Shown here: positions 36,256 through 48,312 of the stretch, piece by piece
Position numbering within the stretch: the first letter of the stretch is position 1
Layout: every line of letters starts with the position of its first letter
Assembly: GCA_038496445.1 (NCBI GenBank)
Contig: JALMLS010000420.1
Coordinates: 248,001 to 312,000 of the forward strand
DNA: 64,000 bases
Origin: Trichosphaerium sp. ATCC 40318
Lineage: Eukaryota; Protista; Tubulinea
Direction of reading: 5' to 3'
The notes under the pieces: generated by a model
Seen by the model: only the letters and a program-made list of their open reading frames with translations
What the model was told of the DNA's origin: nothing
The model's database searches: none
Translations under genes and position numbers: made by a program

Positions 36256-36846
36256 TTAGTTATCATCAGTTGGAAGAGCATTCTAAAATAAAAACATTAA
36301 TGAGAAGATACTAAATGGCCCAACATTTGTTTTTTTGACACGCACCCTAAATTCGCTTTGAATGGCAGATGTTTCGTGAACCAAGCAACTTATGGCTGTT
36401 TGTAGTGCTTGTAGTGGAGGTCTAGTATATTATCAATAATAAGAGATGCGATAAAAAGCGTTTTAAGCGATTTTTTTAAGGTTTGGTGTATTTCTGAATT
36501 AGAAGTGTTTTTGACGTGCATTTGGCCGTTAGTTTGTATTTTTATTACGATAGACGTGTCCAATGGGTGTGGTTGTTTGTACCCCGCAAAAATTACCGTT
36601 GGGTCGCGTAATAGTTGCCTATAGCGTATCAACATGATGTAATCGACGTCAAACGTACATCCGTATCATATTTCCGAGCGTGTGATCTTCTTTCTTAATT
36701 GTAAACGTAGCAGCATTCATAATACGCTGATCCTTCTCCATAGTAATCCTGCCAACACGTTATAAACGAAATTAAAGATTAAAACTCTTATACTTTTGCC
36801 CATCAGACTCTTCAAAGTATACAGTCTCTTCCGGTTGATTGGACAT
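36256..36846 (-). CDS. RPB11: RNA polymerase II subunit RPB11 (5 exons)
   Basis: [39 protein letters not shown]...IKIQT. Confidence 0.95.
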
Positions 36847-36999
36847 GTTGTGGGTATCTATTAGAACAAAGAAAACTACACAAATTTTCCATGTGTATGT
36901 TTTATGGCGCCGCGAAAAAAAATCTTGGAGAAAGTCAACACTGGTTGAACTCGACCAGGTTCCTTGGCAAAGCTATAGCAAAAGCGTTCCTCTGCTACA

Positions 37000-39166
37000 A
37001 TGGCAACCCTTGCTGAGGAGTTTTTAAACGATTTGGGTGAAGATGTTGAAGACTTACAAGAGCAAGATGACCAACCTGATGAATTAGAAGCTCAAATGCT
37101 CCTTGACGTTCAAGCGTCGTTAACTGCAGATACTGTACATGATTTTGTTCGATTGTACAACAGTGATAAGCTTAATACAATCCTAAAGGTACCTACGCTT
37201 TGAATTATGCGCAAAATACTTATAAGCGTAAATTTAATTAAAACATGGCCTAAAACTTGCCCTAGAAATGCGACGACATATGCTCACGCACTGCTGATGA
37301 AATCAGAGAAAACAGTGAAGAAGAGAACGAAACAGTCCAAGAAGCTAATGAAGTTGCTGTAGCCATTTCAAATGAGGTAAAAACATCATAAAAAGTGATA
37401 AAACAACCACCCGTGCTACTCACTTTACAAACCCACTTAATACAAATTCTGACACTTGCAATAGATCGGCAATGTACACAAGTTTACGCGTGATAAGTAC
37501 GCTCAAAAATTCCCAGAGCTTGAAGGTCTTGTTTTTCACCCAGTAGACTACGCCAAAGTTGTTTCTAAAGTAGGAAACGAGACGGTACGGAAGAGTTTTT
37601 CGTCTAAAAAAAACCCACCAAAATATTATGACATTGATTTAATTTTTTTTTATAGGATCTTACTGAAGTTGATCTTGACGCTATATTGCCTCCGCAAACG
37701 GTTATGACTGTGTCTATGACTTCTTCTCATTCTTCTGGTAAGTTACTACCACAAGAAGAGCTTAAGAAGGTATTGGATGCTTGTGAAGTTACAATCTCTC
37801 TTGATGGAAATAGACAAACAGTATGATCTTTTTTTCTGCCTTTTGGTTTGCAAAGCGCTTAACCAATTTTATTACTTCTAATTTTGCTTATTTATGTTTC
37901 TATTTAGTTGCTAAAATACGTTGAGAGTCGTATGCGTTTTTTTGCTCCAAATACAACCCGTGTTGTTGGTGCTGATATTGGTAAGTATTTTTACCGTTTT
38001 TTTTTTGTCATTCCTTTCTTCTGTATGTCTTATTTTATTGTTAGCCGCAAAACTTATTGGTGAAGCTGGAGGCCTTAGCCAACTTGCTTCTATGCCTGGT
38101 TCATTTATTCAGGTACAAGAAAAATAATTACATAATCAATAGCACTAATTTCTTTTTCAAAGGGTTTGGGCAAGAAAAAGAAGGACTTATCAGGTTTTGC
38201 ATCTCAAGCGTTCCAAAAACATGTCGGTTACTTAGGACAGTGTGAGCTCGTAATGGGTACACCAATGGATCTTCGTCGCAAAACTGCTCGTGTTATTTCT
38301 GGAAAGTACGTGTCATTTCCTATTTTTACAAAAAGTGACATGTGTCAAAATGTCGAAAACGTTTTTTAATTTAACCTGTTTTCCTTTGTTCTTTTTCGGT
38401 TTTTTACTAATTTATAATATAGAATAGCCCTATGTGCACGTGTGGACGTAAATGGCACTTATCCAAATGGTGGACAGGGTGAGAAATTCCGAGATATGAT
38501 TGAAAATAAAATTTCAATGTGGCAAGAACCTCCTAAAGCGCGTACAGAAAAACCTTTACCTCTCCCTTATGAGAAACCAAAAACTCGAAGAGGTGGTAGA
38601 AAGGCCAGAAAAATGAAACAACGGTACGACATCCTTTTAAAACACTACACAAGGGCTTTCTCTGACCTTTGCACTAAAAGTTGGTTTTTTTTGACTTGTC
38701 TTAATCTTATATCTTCTTTTAGATACGCTCAAACAGAGTTACAACAACGAATGGGTCGTATAAAATTCGGTGATGTTAAAGGAGAAGAAAATAATGAATT
38801 TAAAGATTTTGGAATGCTTGGACGTTCAGGAGGAGGCCTCCGTGTTCTAGCCAATTATGAAGGAAAGGGTTTTAAAGCGTACACAAAAAAAGAAAGAAAA
38901 AAATACCGTGCTCAACAGGAATCTGGACTTGCTACTTCTATTTACGCTATGACACCTATCCAAGGTAAAGAAAAGTATTTTTATCATCAAAAAACAAAAA
39001 ACCAAGTTTTTTTTTGGATTTATCACGTGATTTACTTACTTGGATTTTGTTAGGATTGGAGTTAAAAACAGCTGTTATAGAAACAAAAAAACGTAAAACA
39101 TTACAAGTAGCAAATGCACAAGTCAAAAACTACTTCTCAGGTGGTTTTGTAAAGAAAAAGACATAA
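37000..39166 (+). CDS. PRPF31: U4/U6 snRNP protein Prp31
   Basis: MATLAEEFLNDL, YAQKFPELEGLV, YVESRMRFFAPN, KPLPLPYEKPKTRRGGRKARKMK, SGLATSIYAMTPIQGLEL. Confidence 0.95.
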
Positions 39167-39326
39167 AAAAAAAAGGAAAATCAAACGTCAGCTCTCTAAC
39201 CAACAAAGACTTACGCTGCAACGTTTTTTTTCAACTCTTTTTTTTTATTACATTGTACAATACATTCACTGGCAACAATACATCGTTTACTCTTTCTTCA
39301 AGACAAGCAGAGAAGTGTGGTGTTGT

Positions 39327-40383
39327 TTAATCATCAAAGTATGCATCTTGCATATCATCATTTATTAGTGACAAGTCATCATTCTTTAGGTCATTGTTAG
39401 TGTTTTGTGTATACATAATTTAAGTTATATTACCTCTGGATTATTATCTACCTCTGCATAGTTAAAAAACTTCTCATCCTTGCCGTTAATAAAGCGTTGT
39501 TTCATTAAATCAAGGAACTCTTCAGCTAAAGCTTTTTTCTCTTCTACAGAAAGATTTTCTTTTCCTTCATTTTCAGTTACTTTCTCATCCTCTTGTTCTT
39601 CTCCATCAACATCCATACTAGAATCATTGTCTTTTATTTTCTTCTTTTCATCCATACCACGTTGCTACTAGGAGTTAAAATCCGCGCACGTGCCGAGAAA
39701 GTTAAAAAACACTTACTGCAACCATTAAAATCTCGTAAAGTGGCTTCTCTTGATCGATCTCCTGGCATTTTGTAAGACTCTCAATTTCTTAACTAGACAT
39801 TACAACATACCTCAAGGGCTTTGTGTTGTGCAATATAGAAATTATACAAGCTAGGAGCACGCATTTGCATTGAGGTTTCGCTGAAGTAGTCTGTTGCAAG
39901 AAGTTTCTTTTTTAGGTAGTGTAGGCGTCTGTTCCTTGTGAGGTTCTTGGTGCGCTTACTAGAATGATCAGAAATTACCCCTAGTTGTTTTAAATGCCAT
40001 GCAACCTCGTAGTCTTCCAAAAAAAATTAGTTGTACAGAAATAGGACGTTAAAGCGTTATTATGGTCTCTCGTGCCTGAACTAACGCTTGAAAAAGCTTT
40101 TAGCGCCTCTGTTGGAATTAATTTACCATAACGCTCTAATCAAGTTAGAATACTGCGGAAAAAAGCTCACGTACCTAGAAATACCGCAGGATCTCTGTTT
40201 AAGAGTTCCTTGAGGCAGTTTATGATATCTGGTTTCTAAACGAAAGTTAAACGGAATAAAGTAGCGTGTTATGATATATTATACTGTGGGCTCCGTGTCG
40301 GCGTATTTCGAAACGCCTCTCAGATAGAAATCTGTGTGATCAACAATACGCGCACAAATAGTGCTAACAGCGTTAGGATTCAT
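39327..40383 (-). CDS. CCDC97: CCDC97-like (DUF2052) protein
   Basis: DPAVFLERYG, RNRRLHYL, YFSETSMQMRAPSLY, EEFLDLMKQRFINGKD..FNYAEVDNN, DAYFDD*. Confidence 0.85.
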
Positions 40384-40589
40384 TGGGATAACGAATTAAT
40401 AGCCTTTTCTACATCAATAAGTCACAGCTTAAGCAATGCCTCTGCAAAACAATGGTGAAAGAATTCGATTGTTTTACAATTCCTTTAGCAGATACGCCAG
40501 TTATATTCGCACTTGCAATATTGTTGTGAAACCGTGACAAGGTAATTAAAGTTGCCGTTTCAAGTACGTGCTAGCACGTGATTTTCTAG

Positions 40590-41042
40590 TTGTTTCATAC
40601 TTGCCTTGTGATATTGATTTCTCTTATTAGGGTACTTACATGCAAGTATCAATAATGTTGCCAAAGATAAGAATGATACCGTGCATCTTAAAGATTCACT
40701 CGTAATCGTTGGTATATGTGATGTTATCGCCATTAACAGTTACATCATTGAGTTGAATATGTTGATCTCTAGTTTGCAAATAAGTGAACATAACATATAT
40801 CAGGATAGGGTTGGTCAGGTAACTTTAGACATACTCTGAAGTGTCAATTGTGACAACCAAGATTCTTGTTTGACGTGTATCAAAATCAGTTGTGACAGAT
40901 GTCAAATTGTTTGATTTGAATGAATCAATTTGATACATCGGTTGTTTGAGTGTTGCTAAAACACAAAGTTAGTGATTGTATTCAAACAGTATTGCATTGT
41001 GTACCCATGTTGTACCATGAAATATGGAACTAATCCAATAAC
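40590..41042 (-). pseudogene. Orphan internal fragment of the surface protein family
   Basis: 40710-41042 closely matches about 1760-2090 and the reverse complement of about 24740-25060, including introns; decays leftward with stops. Confidence 0.85.
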
Positions 41043-42013
41043 AGCCTCAACGGCTACAAATAATTTATCACAGTTGTAAATAAATCCGGAAATAAAACGT
41101 ACTACAAAACGTGTATTTCGTTTTGCCAATCACTGGTGATATTGAGGTTCAAGAAAGTAATCGCATCATATGGATTTGAATGTGTGAACTGTTGAGATGA
41201 CAGCATTGCAGCTCTGTCTACCTATTAGGTCTGTAACTATTCACCTAGAGCGTCTGTGAACTTGTTCTTCAAGAGAGCAAGACCATTCATTCACACAGCC
41301 CTTGTACATACATGAAGAAGTCCCGAGATTGCCGTGGTATTCCTTGGCTTTTCTACAGTGTGGCCACGCTTCTTTGATTGTCTAATGGCTAACTTGATGT
41401 TGCAAAAGAAAACAATTAGTACTTAACTCTATATTTCGACAATGTACTAATAGCGGATACGAAAGCGAATTATAAAATTTGCCGTAATAGTAAACCAGTA
41501 CAGTTACCCTGATTTGCATCTTAAAATTAGCCATATACAGCAAACTAATATTCATATTCAGGCTGTTCCAGCACGCAGAGACAAAATAAGCTGATTGTTT
41601 TTAGTAAACTCACTTTTATCGAGCTAATGTGACAACGACAACAGTACTCCTTCCTACTAGTCAAAGCCTTCAGCATCGCGTTGAAGCAAATCTCTCTAGA
41701 CAGCAAGATGGTTGTATTCTTTGAATCACGCAAGTCTGACTTATTGAATGAATTCGTACAATTCTTGTAAACTCACCGTTAAACTGCAGTTGAAAATACA
41801 AATATTTAGCATCCGGCAAGCTAGACTGATGCACAACATTCTACCCTTTGCGTTTTATCGTCCACGTCAACAAGTACAAACCACGAATCTCAGAAAAGAT
41901 TCTTAATTTTACTGGAAAAAAAAAGACCCGTTTTCAGATAAAAAAAACAACGAGGCCACCTAAAGAAAACTCAATTTTTTTTGCGAATTCAATGCGTTTA
42001 CCTATCAATAAAT

Positions 42014-44121
42014 ATGGCAGCTGTTCAACTACGAAAGAAAAGGCAAGTAGGCATCGAAGACACTACTGTCAACATAACAATACCCAACAATGACATCGCC
42101 CGACTTATGTACGTTTTATTGAGAAATCCATAATCAAACGTAATAAAAATACTGACAAAGGTATAAGGTACTACTTAAAATGTGTAGACGATTGCTTGGT
42201 AAATTACTCACCGAACCCTCATTGGCGAAAACTTATAAACTACAGCCAGTATCATAATCTCAGTGAAGAAGAGAAAAAGTCAGTGGTAGTACTGTGTGCC
42301 ATGTTATCTCCAAAGATTCTCTTAGGTCCGCAATTTTTTCTTAATTACTTTTTTTTGTTTGCCAACCACGTGTTTTAGATAAACACACGCCATGTTGGCG
42401 TTTATTATCATTAAATTTATAATCTAATGTTTAAAGGTGTTATATTCTTCCCTCTACCTACCAACCACCCTTCCCTGAAGGACACTTCGAACAGATTCTA
42501 TAAAATTACGGACGCTTCGCAAGTTCTCGCAGCTGGTGCCTTTTCGAACGGTTTCGCTTTCAAAGTGGAGCAAGCTACTGTAAAGGCTAGTAAGTTCATG
42601 ACCTTACAAGAGAGTTGGATTCGTCACTATTATACGAGTCCACTAGGAAACGAACAATGGAGAGTGACAGGTGAAAGACCTACGTAAGTCTTTTTTTTTT
42701 TCTTAATTGCTCCATCACATGGCATCCACGTGCACTAATTAGTGACCTAGGTATCGGTTGAATACTGTATCTCGAGTTGGAATTAACAGGACACCTGTAA
42801 GATCACGTGTGCAACTATCAAGCAAAAAGACAAAGTACGTTCACTAAAGAAAGATATCACAGCTAAACTATACTATTAAGGCTTGCGCCTATTGGGTTTT
42901 GTGCTTGCTTGATTCTTCTGGTTTTAATAGGCTTATCAATAGCAGCACTTGTTGCTGTAGGCTCCAAAGGATCGTGCATGGTCGTTTGTACGTCAGACAC
43001 ATTAAGAGCAAGCGTAAAACTAACCTCCTCGTAGCTCACCTTGAAAACAAGCAAGATAATAATTTTGCTGTTTTCGACACTGATGGCGGCGAAGAAAAGT
43101 ATCGTTTTACTCAGGGTGAGTTCTTTGATCCACCAGCAAGTTTTGTGATACACGACGGAAAGATAATATCTGGAGCTATTACAGATTCTGATTCGAGGAA
43201 AACAATCAAACCTTTCAGGATCGAACAGAAAAACATCAACAACTGGTTCTATCAACAGTTCGAGAAAGTCAAGGTATACGTTTATCTAACAGGTGTTTTT
43301 ACTTATCTCAGATATCTAGACTATAGGGACTTATGATTCTGTTTCGTTGTCTATAAGTGGAAATGAGTTGTATGTTGGATACAAACCGAGATTCGCTGTT
43401 TTTTCTGTAATCAAGTTTGATCTTCCACTTGAGGAAAACGCTGTGGCAAGCCCTGATTTAGTTACTTTCCCTCATACCCTTGGATCAATCAAGAAAGTTC
43501 AGGCGACAATGAATAATATTTACTTCTTCTTTAACAACGCTACAATTAGTATTTTCGAGCGATCGACAGGCACGTGTTCGACTTAAGTTGCTATTTAATC
43601 TAAGATTATTTAAGGAATTTGGAGATCAGCAACAGTACCTTGTTTCAGCCCTCGCTTTACTTCTGTAGCTGTAAGTAGTGATTCAAATAGTATACTACTA
43701 GTAGCTTATACATGCAATTACTTTCCTGGTCTCTTCGAAGTCTACAACACTTCTGTAACTCCGCTATTGTAAGCCCAGTTTTGCTTTTGAAACATTAATC
43801 GTGAATGTAGTATTGACGCTTGGAATAATACACAAGATATCCAGCTCAAGGGGCTATCTCATAACGATGAAGATAGTGTTTTTTACGCTTCTTGGTGTGC
43901 TATAAGCTTTACTGAATGTTACATTGGAACTATTTCTTACAATCGTAATGGTGAGTAAAACAAACCTACCTGACTTTCATTCGCTAATAACAATACTAGA
44001 CATGGCGGCTAACATTCTATCACAATCTATAATACCTATCAGTGATAGATGGCTTCTATCAATAGGATATAGTGAAGATTGCAGTACGCATTATTGTTCT
44101 TTATTCGTTCGAACTACGTAG
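42014..44121 (+). CDS. Hypothetical multi-exon protein (unnamed N-terminal domain plus beta-rich C-terminal region)
   Basis: Exons join from MAAVQLRKK through LKCVDDCLVNY..LCAMLSPKILL..SNRFYKIT..WIRHYYTSPL; one apparent homopolymer frameshift near 43851. Confidence 0.6.
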
Positions 44122-44499
44122 GTTAACTTTTTCTTCAGTTAAATCCGGAAACTTAAACGCGTTATTGGTCTATGGATTCATGGTTTCGATACCTCTCATG
44201 TTGTGTTGTCTTTGCTGTATTTCATGCTATTCTTTGAGCCGCTGATACCTCATCATAACAATAAAGGACTTTAGTTTAGCGAGCAATTGTATCACAAGTA
44301 AAACAATCTGTTGACATCTGAACAAACAAGTGCTGAAAGTGCTGATAAATCGTGATAGTAATAAGTAATAAACCTGGTTCTTCGTTGAGTGAAAGCTAGG
44401 ATAGAACTTAATCGTTTCCACATTAAATTACTTTCAGTTTAGTTGATTTCGTTATTTTTTTGTACAATGTTTTTTTCTTATTTTTTTCGTGTTTTTTTT

Positions 44500-47400
44500 T
44501 TACTTTACATTTTCATCCTTGTGTACTCTCTCAACAATTCTTGAATTTGCTCTTGATTTACGTCTTTCTGTATCTCTTAAGCGTCTTAAACGTCTTTCTT
44601 TATACTCCTGGAACATCTTTGTAGCAACAAGCAACTTGAAAAAACGCCTATAATGGTTGTCCTTGCTATTCAAGAAAAGTTCTTGATAAAATATTGTTAA
44701 ATTGTTTGAAGTGTCCTTGATAAGAAACTCTTTTATATCGACCAATGAAGTCATGTATGTATTAAACCTCTTTGTGAGTGATTGTGCTACTTGTATTTCA
44801 TTCAAATCCGGATGGTAAGGTGACTTTGAAGCGCGTAGTTTTTGTCCAGATTGCTTGATCGAATTCAATCTTTTGCATAAGTTAAAGAAAAAAGCGACAG
44901 AAAAAACCCTAAAGGACCATGGTTCTTTTAAGGGTTGAAGATAAATAAGCGTAAAATATTTTGTTTAAAGGATACAAATGATCTTGTCGCGGCAGTGTGA
45001 GAACATGAATCGCAGGAGGGACATGAACCTAATGTACGAATTAACAAAATAAAAAAAGAAGTCTTTCGTTTACCTCTTTGGTGTCTAGATTAATTACAAT
45101 AACATCTGCCATTTGAAGATCAGAAAGGCTCATGTTTGTCATACCTATCCAAAAAGTTAAACCAAAGTGACAAGAACAAACATTAAAACGAAGTTTAAAG
45201 ACTTTCATGTTTTCTAAGCTTACCAACAATGAAGGGTCCTGAGGTGTCAATGATAGCTCCAAACTTATCTGGTACAAAAGGAAGTAAAGGATAAGAATAC
45301 TTCATAGGATATAATAATGTAGGTAATGCCAATCTAAAGTACAATAAGCCAAAAACCCTTCAAAAAAGATTTCGTTAAACGCACATGCAAGCTGATAATT
45401 TTCGTCTATTCTTAGAAAGGAACAATATCTTTTCTTCGCCAAGCATAGCACTTACTATCCGGAATACATCTCTTTTGGGTAGCACAGAAAATAATGCAGG
45501 CGTAGAGTACTCTACAATAGAATAGTGGCCTTTAACAGGAACAACCAAATCAATGTTTCCAACTTGCAATGATTCACCTAATTTTTGTTTTAGCAAGGTT
45601 TGAGGTTCCTCATCCTAGCTATTCAATACAAGACTTACCAGGCACCGGAATAGATTGGTATACTCTCTCCAAGAGTTTTGTAATCTTCTTACCAACCTTA
45701 GCATTACTTGTTGGATCCAGAATAGTAGCAGAATGAACAAAGTCTAACATTGAGTATATTATCCCAAGAAGTTGTACAATACTGCTTGCACGTGTAATAA
45801 AACAATACGATAGAGGCACTGCTTTATCCTGATCATATCTAGGGGCATCTGGAGATGTAACAAAAGGAGGTAGTTGCTACTAACTGTAAGAAAAGGCGCC
45901 AAGACGAGAAAGGCTTTTCGAAAAGAATACGGATTCATGTACCTTTATCGTATCGTCCACAACACATATACAGTATAACGGTGTGTTATCATCTGTAAGT
46001 AATCTACAAACGAAAGTATTTTGAGGATTTTCCATATGAGTAGAAGTAGGTGACCGTTTCTAATACGTCGTCAGTTTCTTGACAATGAAATAGCATCATT
46101 AAAAACAAAATTATTTAGCCATCACTTGTGTGAGTATGCTTCGAAAGTCTGTATGTGAATATGTACCTTTGAATGAGCTCGGTGTAGAAGGGACTGCTTC
46201 GTATGAGGAAGTTTTTCAAAACGACTCAAGGGATACACTAAATCAGTAAACCCAGGAGGTAAATCTCCTCTAAACAAAAAGTAAGTTCAACGTGAAGACA
46301 ATCCGCACACAAAGTTCTTTAAAAACACAAATTGTATGTTAAGAATATCAGAACAAATAAAACTCAAAGTTATAAAAAAAAGACACGTGCATGTCGCATA
46401 CAAGGTTCAAGGAGAATTCTCCCCAAAACAAGAAAAAAAAAAAAGTTTTGTTGTCGTACTTTGATTTCTCTGGATATTGATAAAGTACATCGATTTGTTG
46501 GGATTTAGTAGGCCCAACAACAACAAATTTATCAAACCATAATGTATTACTTTGTTCTGGTGCTGTTTGTATGTTGATTTTTAAGTTTTTTTTAACATCA
46601 CTTAATGTACACTTATACGCCTCAGAAACAGGTTCACTAAGATAATTCAATTAGCACAATAGTAATACACATGTCAGTATTACCCTTGAGATAGAAGATA
46701 TTTTGTTTTCATACTATGTCGTAACTTCTACATTGAACCAGTAAGCTTTCGCGTGTAATAAAGTAGAGGACCTTCTTTGGTGATTTTAGGACTTTTGAAC
46801 TAGGTGGAGTGCTTTCATCCCATGCCGCAGTTCCTTGCATGAGTTCAACAACAGCCGGAAATCCCTTATGGGTAGCATATTCAAGAGGTGTTAAACCCCA
46901 TCTAAAAAAAAAAGATGAGTTATCAAAGAACGCGCATAAGACACTTACCTATCCTTCTTTCGATATTCTGCTCCATGGTCAAGAAGAATGCGTACAGATT
47001 CTATATGTCCACTACTAGCAGCTACATGAAGAGCTAAATAAAAGGAATCAACAAACACGGAAACAAAACGGAAGCAGAGATAACAAATGTAGTATGAATG
47101 AACAATAACATACGGCAACGCCCATCATAGTCAACGAAATTAGCAGACAGTCCAGCCAATAATAACAGCTCAAGTAAATCAGAATCATTCTTCCCTGCAG
47201 CTTCCATACAAACAAACTTCATATACTGGCACTAAAAAAAACCAAAAAAAACAACATTAGAATTTCACGAAAAGTGTAAAGAAAATTATGACAATTATGA
47301 TAATTCCATAATCCATTTTTGTTAACAGAACACAACAATCGGTTCGGCTCTTTGTCAAAAAAAAAACTACCCTGGCTAGCGCCAACACGAGAAAAATACT

Positions 47401-48150
47401 ACTGACAAAAAAAACGACAAAACAAGTACGTACAGAAGGGTCTAACTTTCCACCCCATTTTTTCAACCATAGTACTATATCCTTATGCCCATTCATTACA
47501 GCATTCTGTAATGGTGTAGCACGCCATCTATCAAGTACATTTACCTCAACTCCGCCAGTTTTGACAAGAAATTTAACGGTTTTTAGATGACCTTTTTTGT
47601 GTGTTAGTTTTAATCTATTGTTGAACTAAAAACGAAACTAATACTACAAACACTCAACGCCACGCGCAAAGACGCCAGGATAGCGCAAAAAAGTTGAATT
47701 TAGTAAAACGTCAAATGAAATAAAAGAAAACAGGCTGTAGGTCCGTATATAGCATACCGGAGGCACAGGCAAGGTGTAGTGGAGTTCTCTGATCAAAATC
47801 GCGTGTCGTCAGTTTAACGCCCTTTGAATGAAGTGTTTTCATTTGGTTGAGTTTACCTTGATCTAGTGAGTACCAAATAGAAAACTAAAAACAAAAAAGC
47901 AAAATGTTGGCTTGCGGGAAACGCAAAACTATAAAATAGCGCACCTAGGCTTGCTAGGTGTATCATCAGGAAGTTAGTAAACTCCTCTAGGTCTTTATTA
48001 AGATCCTTACGCCGTTCTTCTCTTTGGTTCTAAATTGAGTCATTGTCTACCAACCGTGCTTGTTTTAATGGTTCTATTAAGTAGATATACTGCGAGTGTG
48101 CTCTCCAAGCAGACTTTTGGTGTTGCTCAACGTACCATGATGTTGGACAT
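44500..48150 (-). CDS. Ankyrin repeat + DENN domain protein (putative Rab GEF)
   Basis: Ankyrins DFDQRTPLHLACASGH, DRWRATPL, DYDGRC, DRWGLTPL; DENN motifs WFDKFVVVG..VLYQYP, LYCICV, AMLGEEKILFLSKNRRKLSAC, YPMKYSYPLLPFVP, FFKLLVATKMFQEY. Confidence 0.85.
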
Positions 48151-48312
48151 GTCCAGATATATAAAATATTTTAATTGGCAACGCAATAGTACGTTTGGCT
48201 ACATACGTATGGGTTCTTTTTTGTAAGAAATGCCCTGAAAGTCCCGTTTTTTATTTTGCTTTTTATTTTCATACAAGGTTATAAACACAAAAGCAACGCG
48301 TTATTTGTAATA

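Noticed and set aside
41100-41800. Coding-like stretch on the - strand
   Set aside because: Stops interrupt the frames read and no recognisable family
43845-43860. Programmed frameshifting (also at ARF 56547)
   Set aside because: Both shifts sit in short homopolymers (GGG, AA) with no shared slippery motif; assembly indel or decay is more likely
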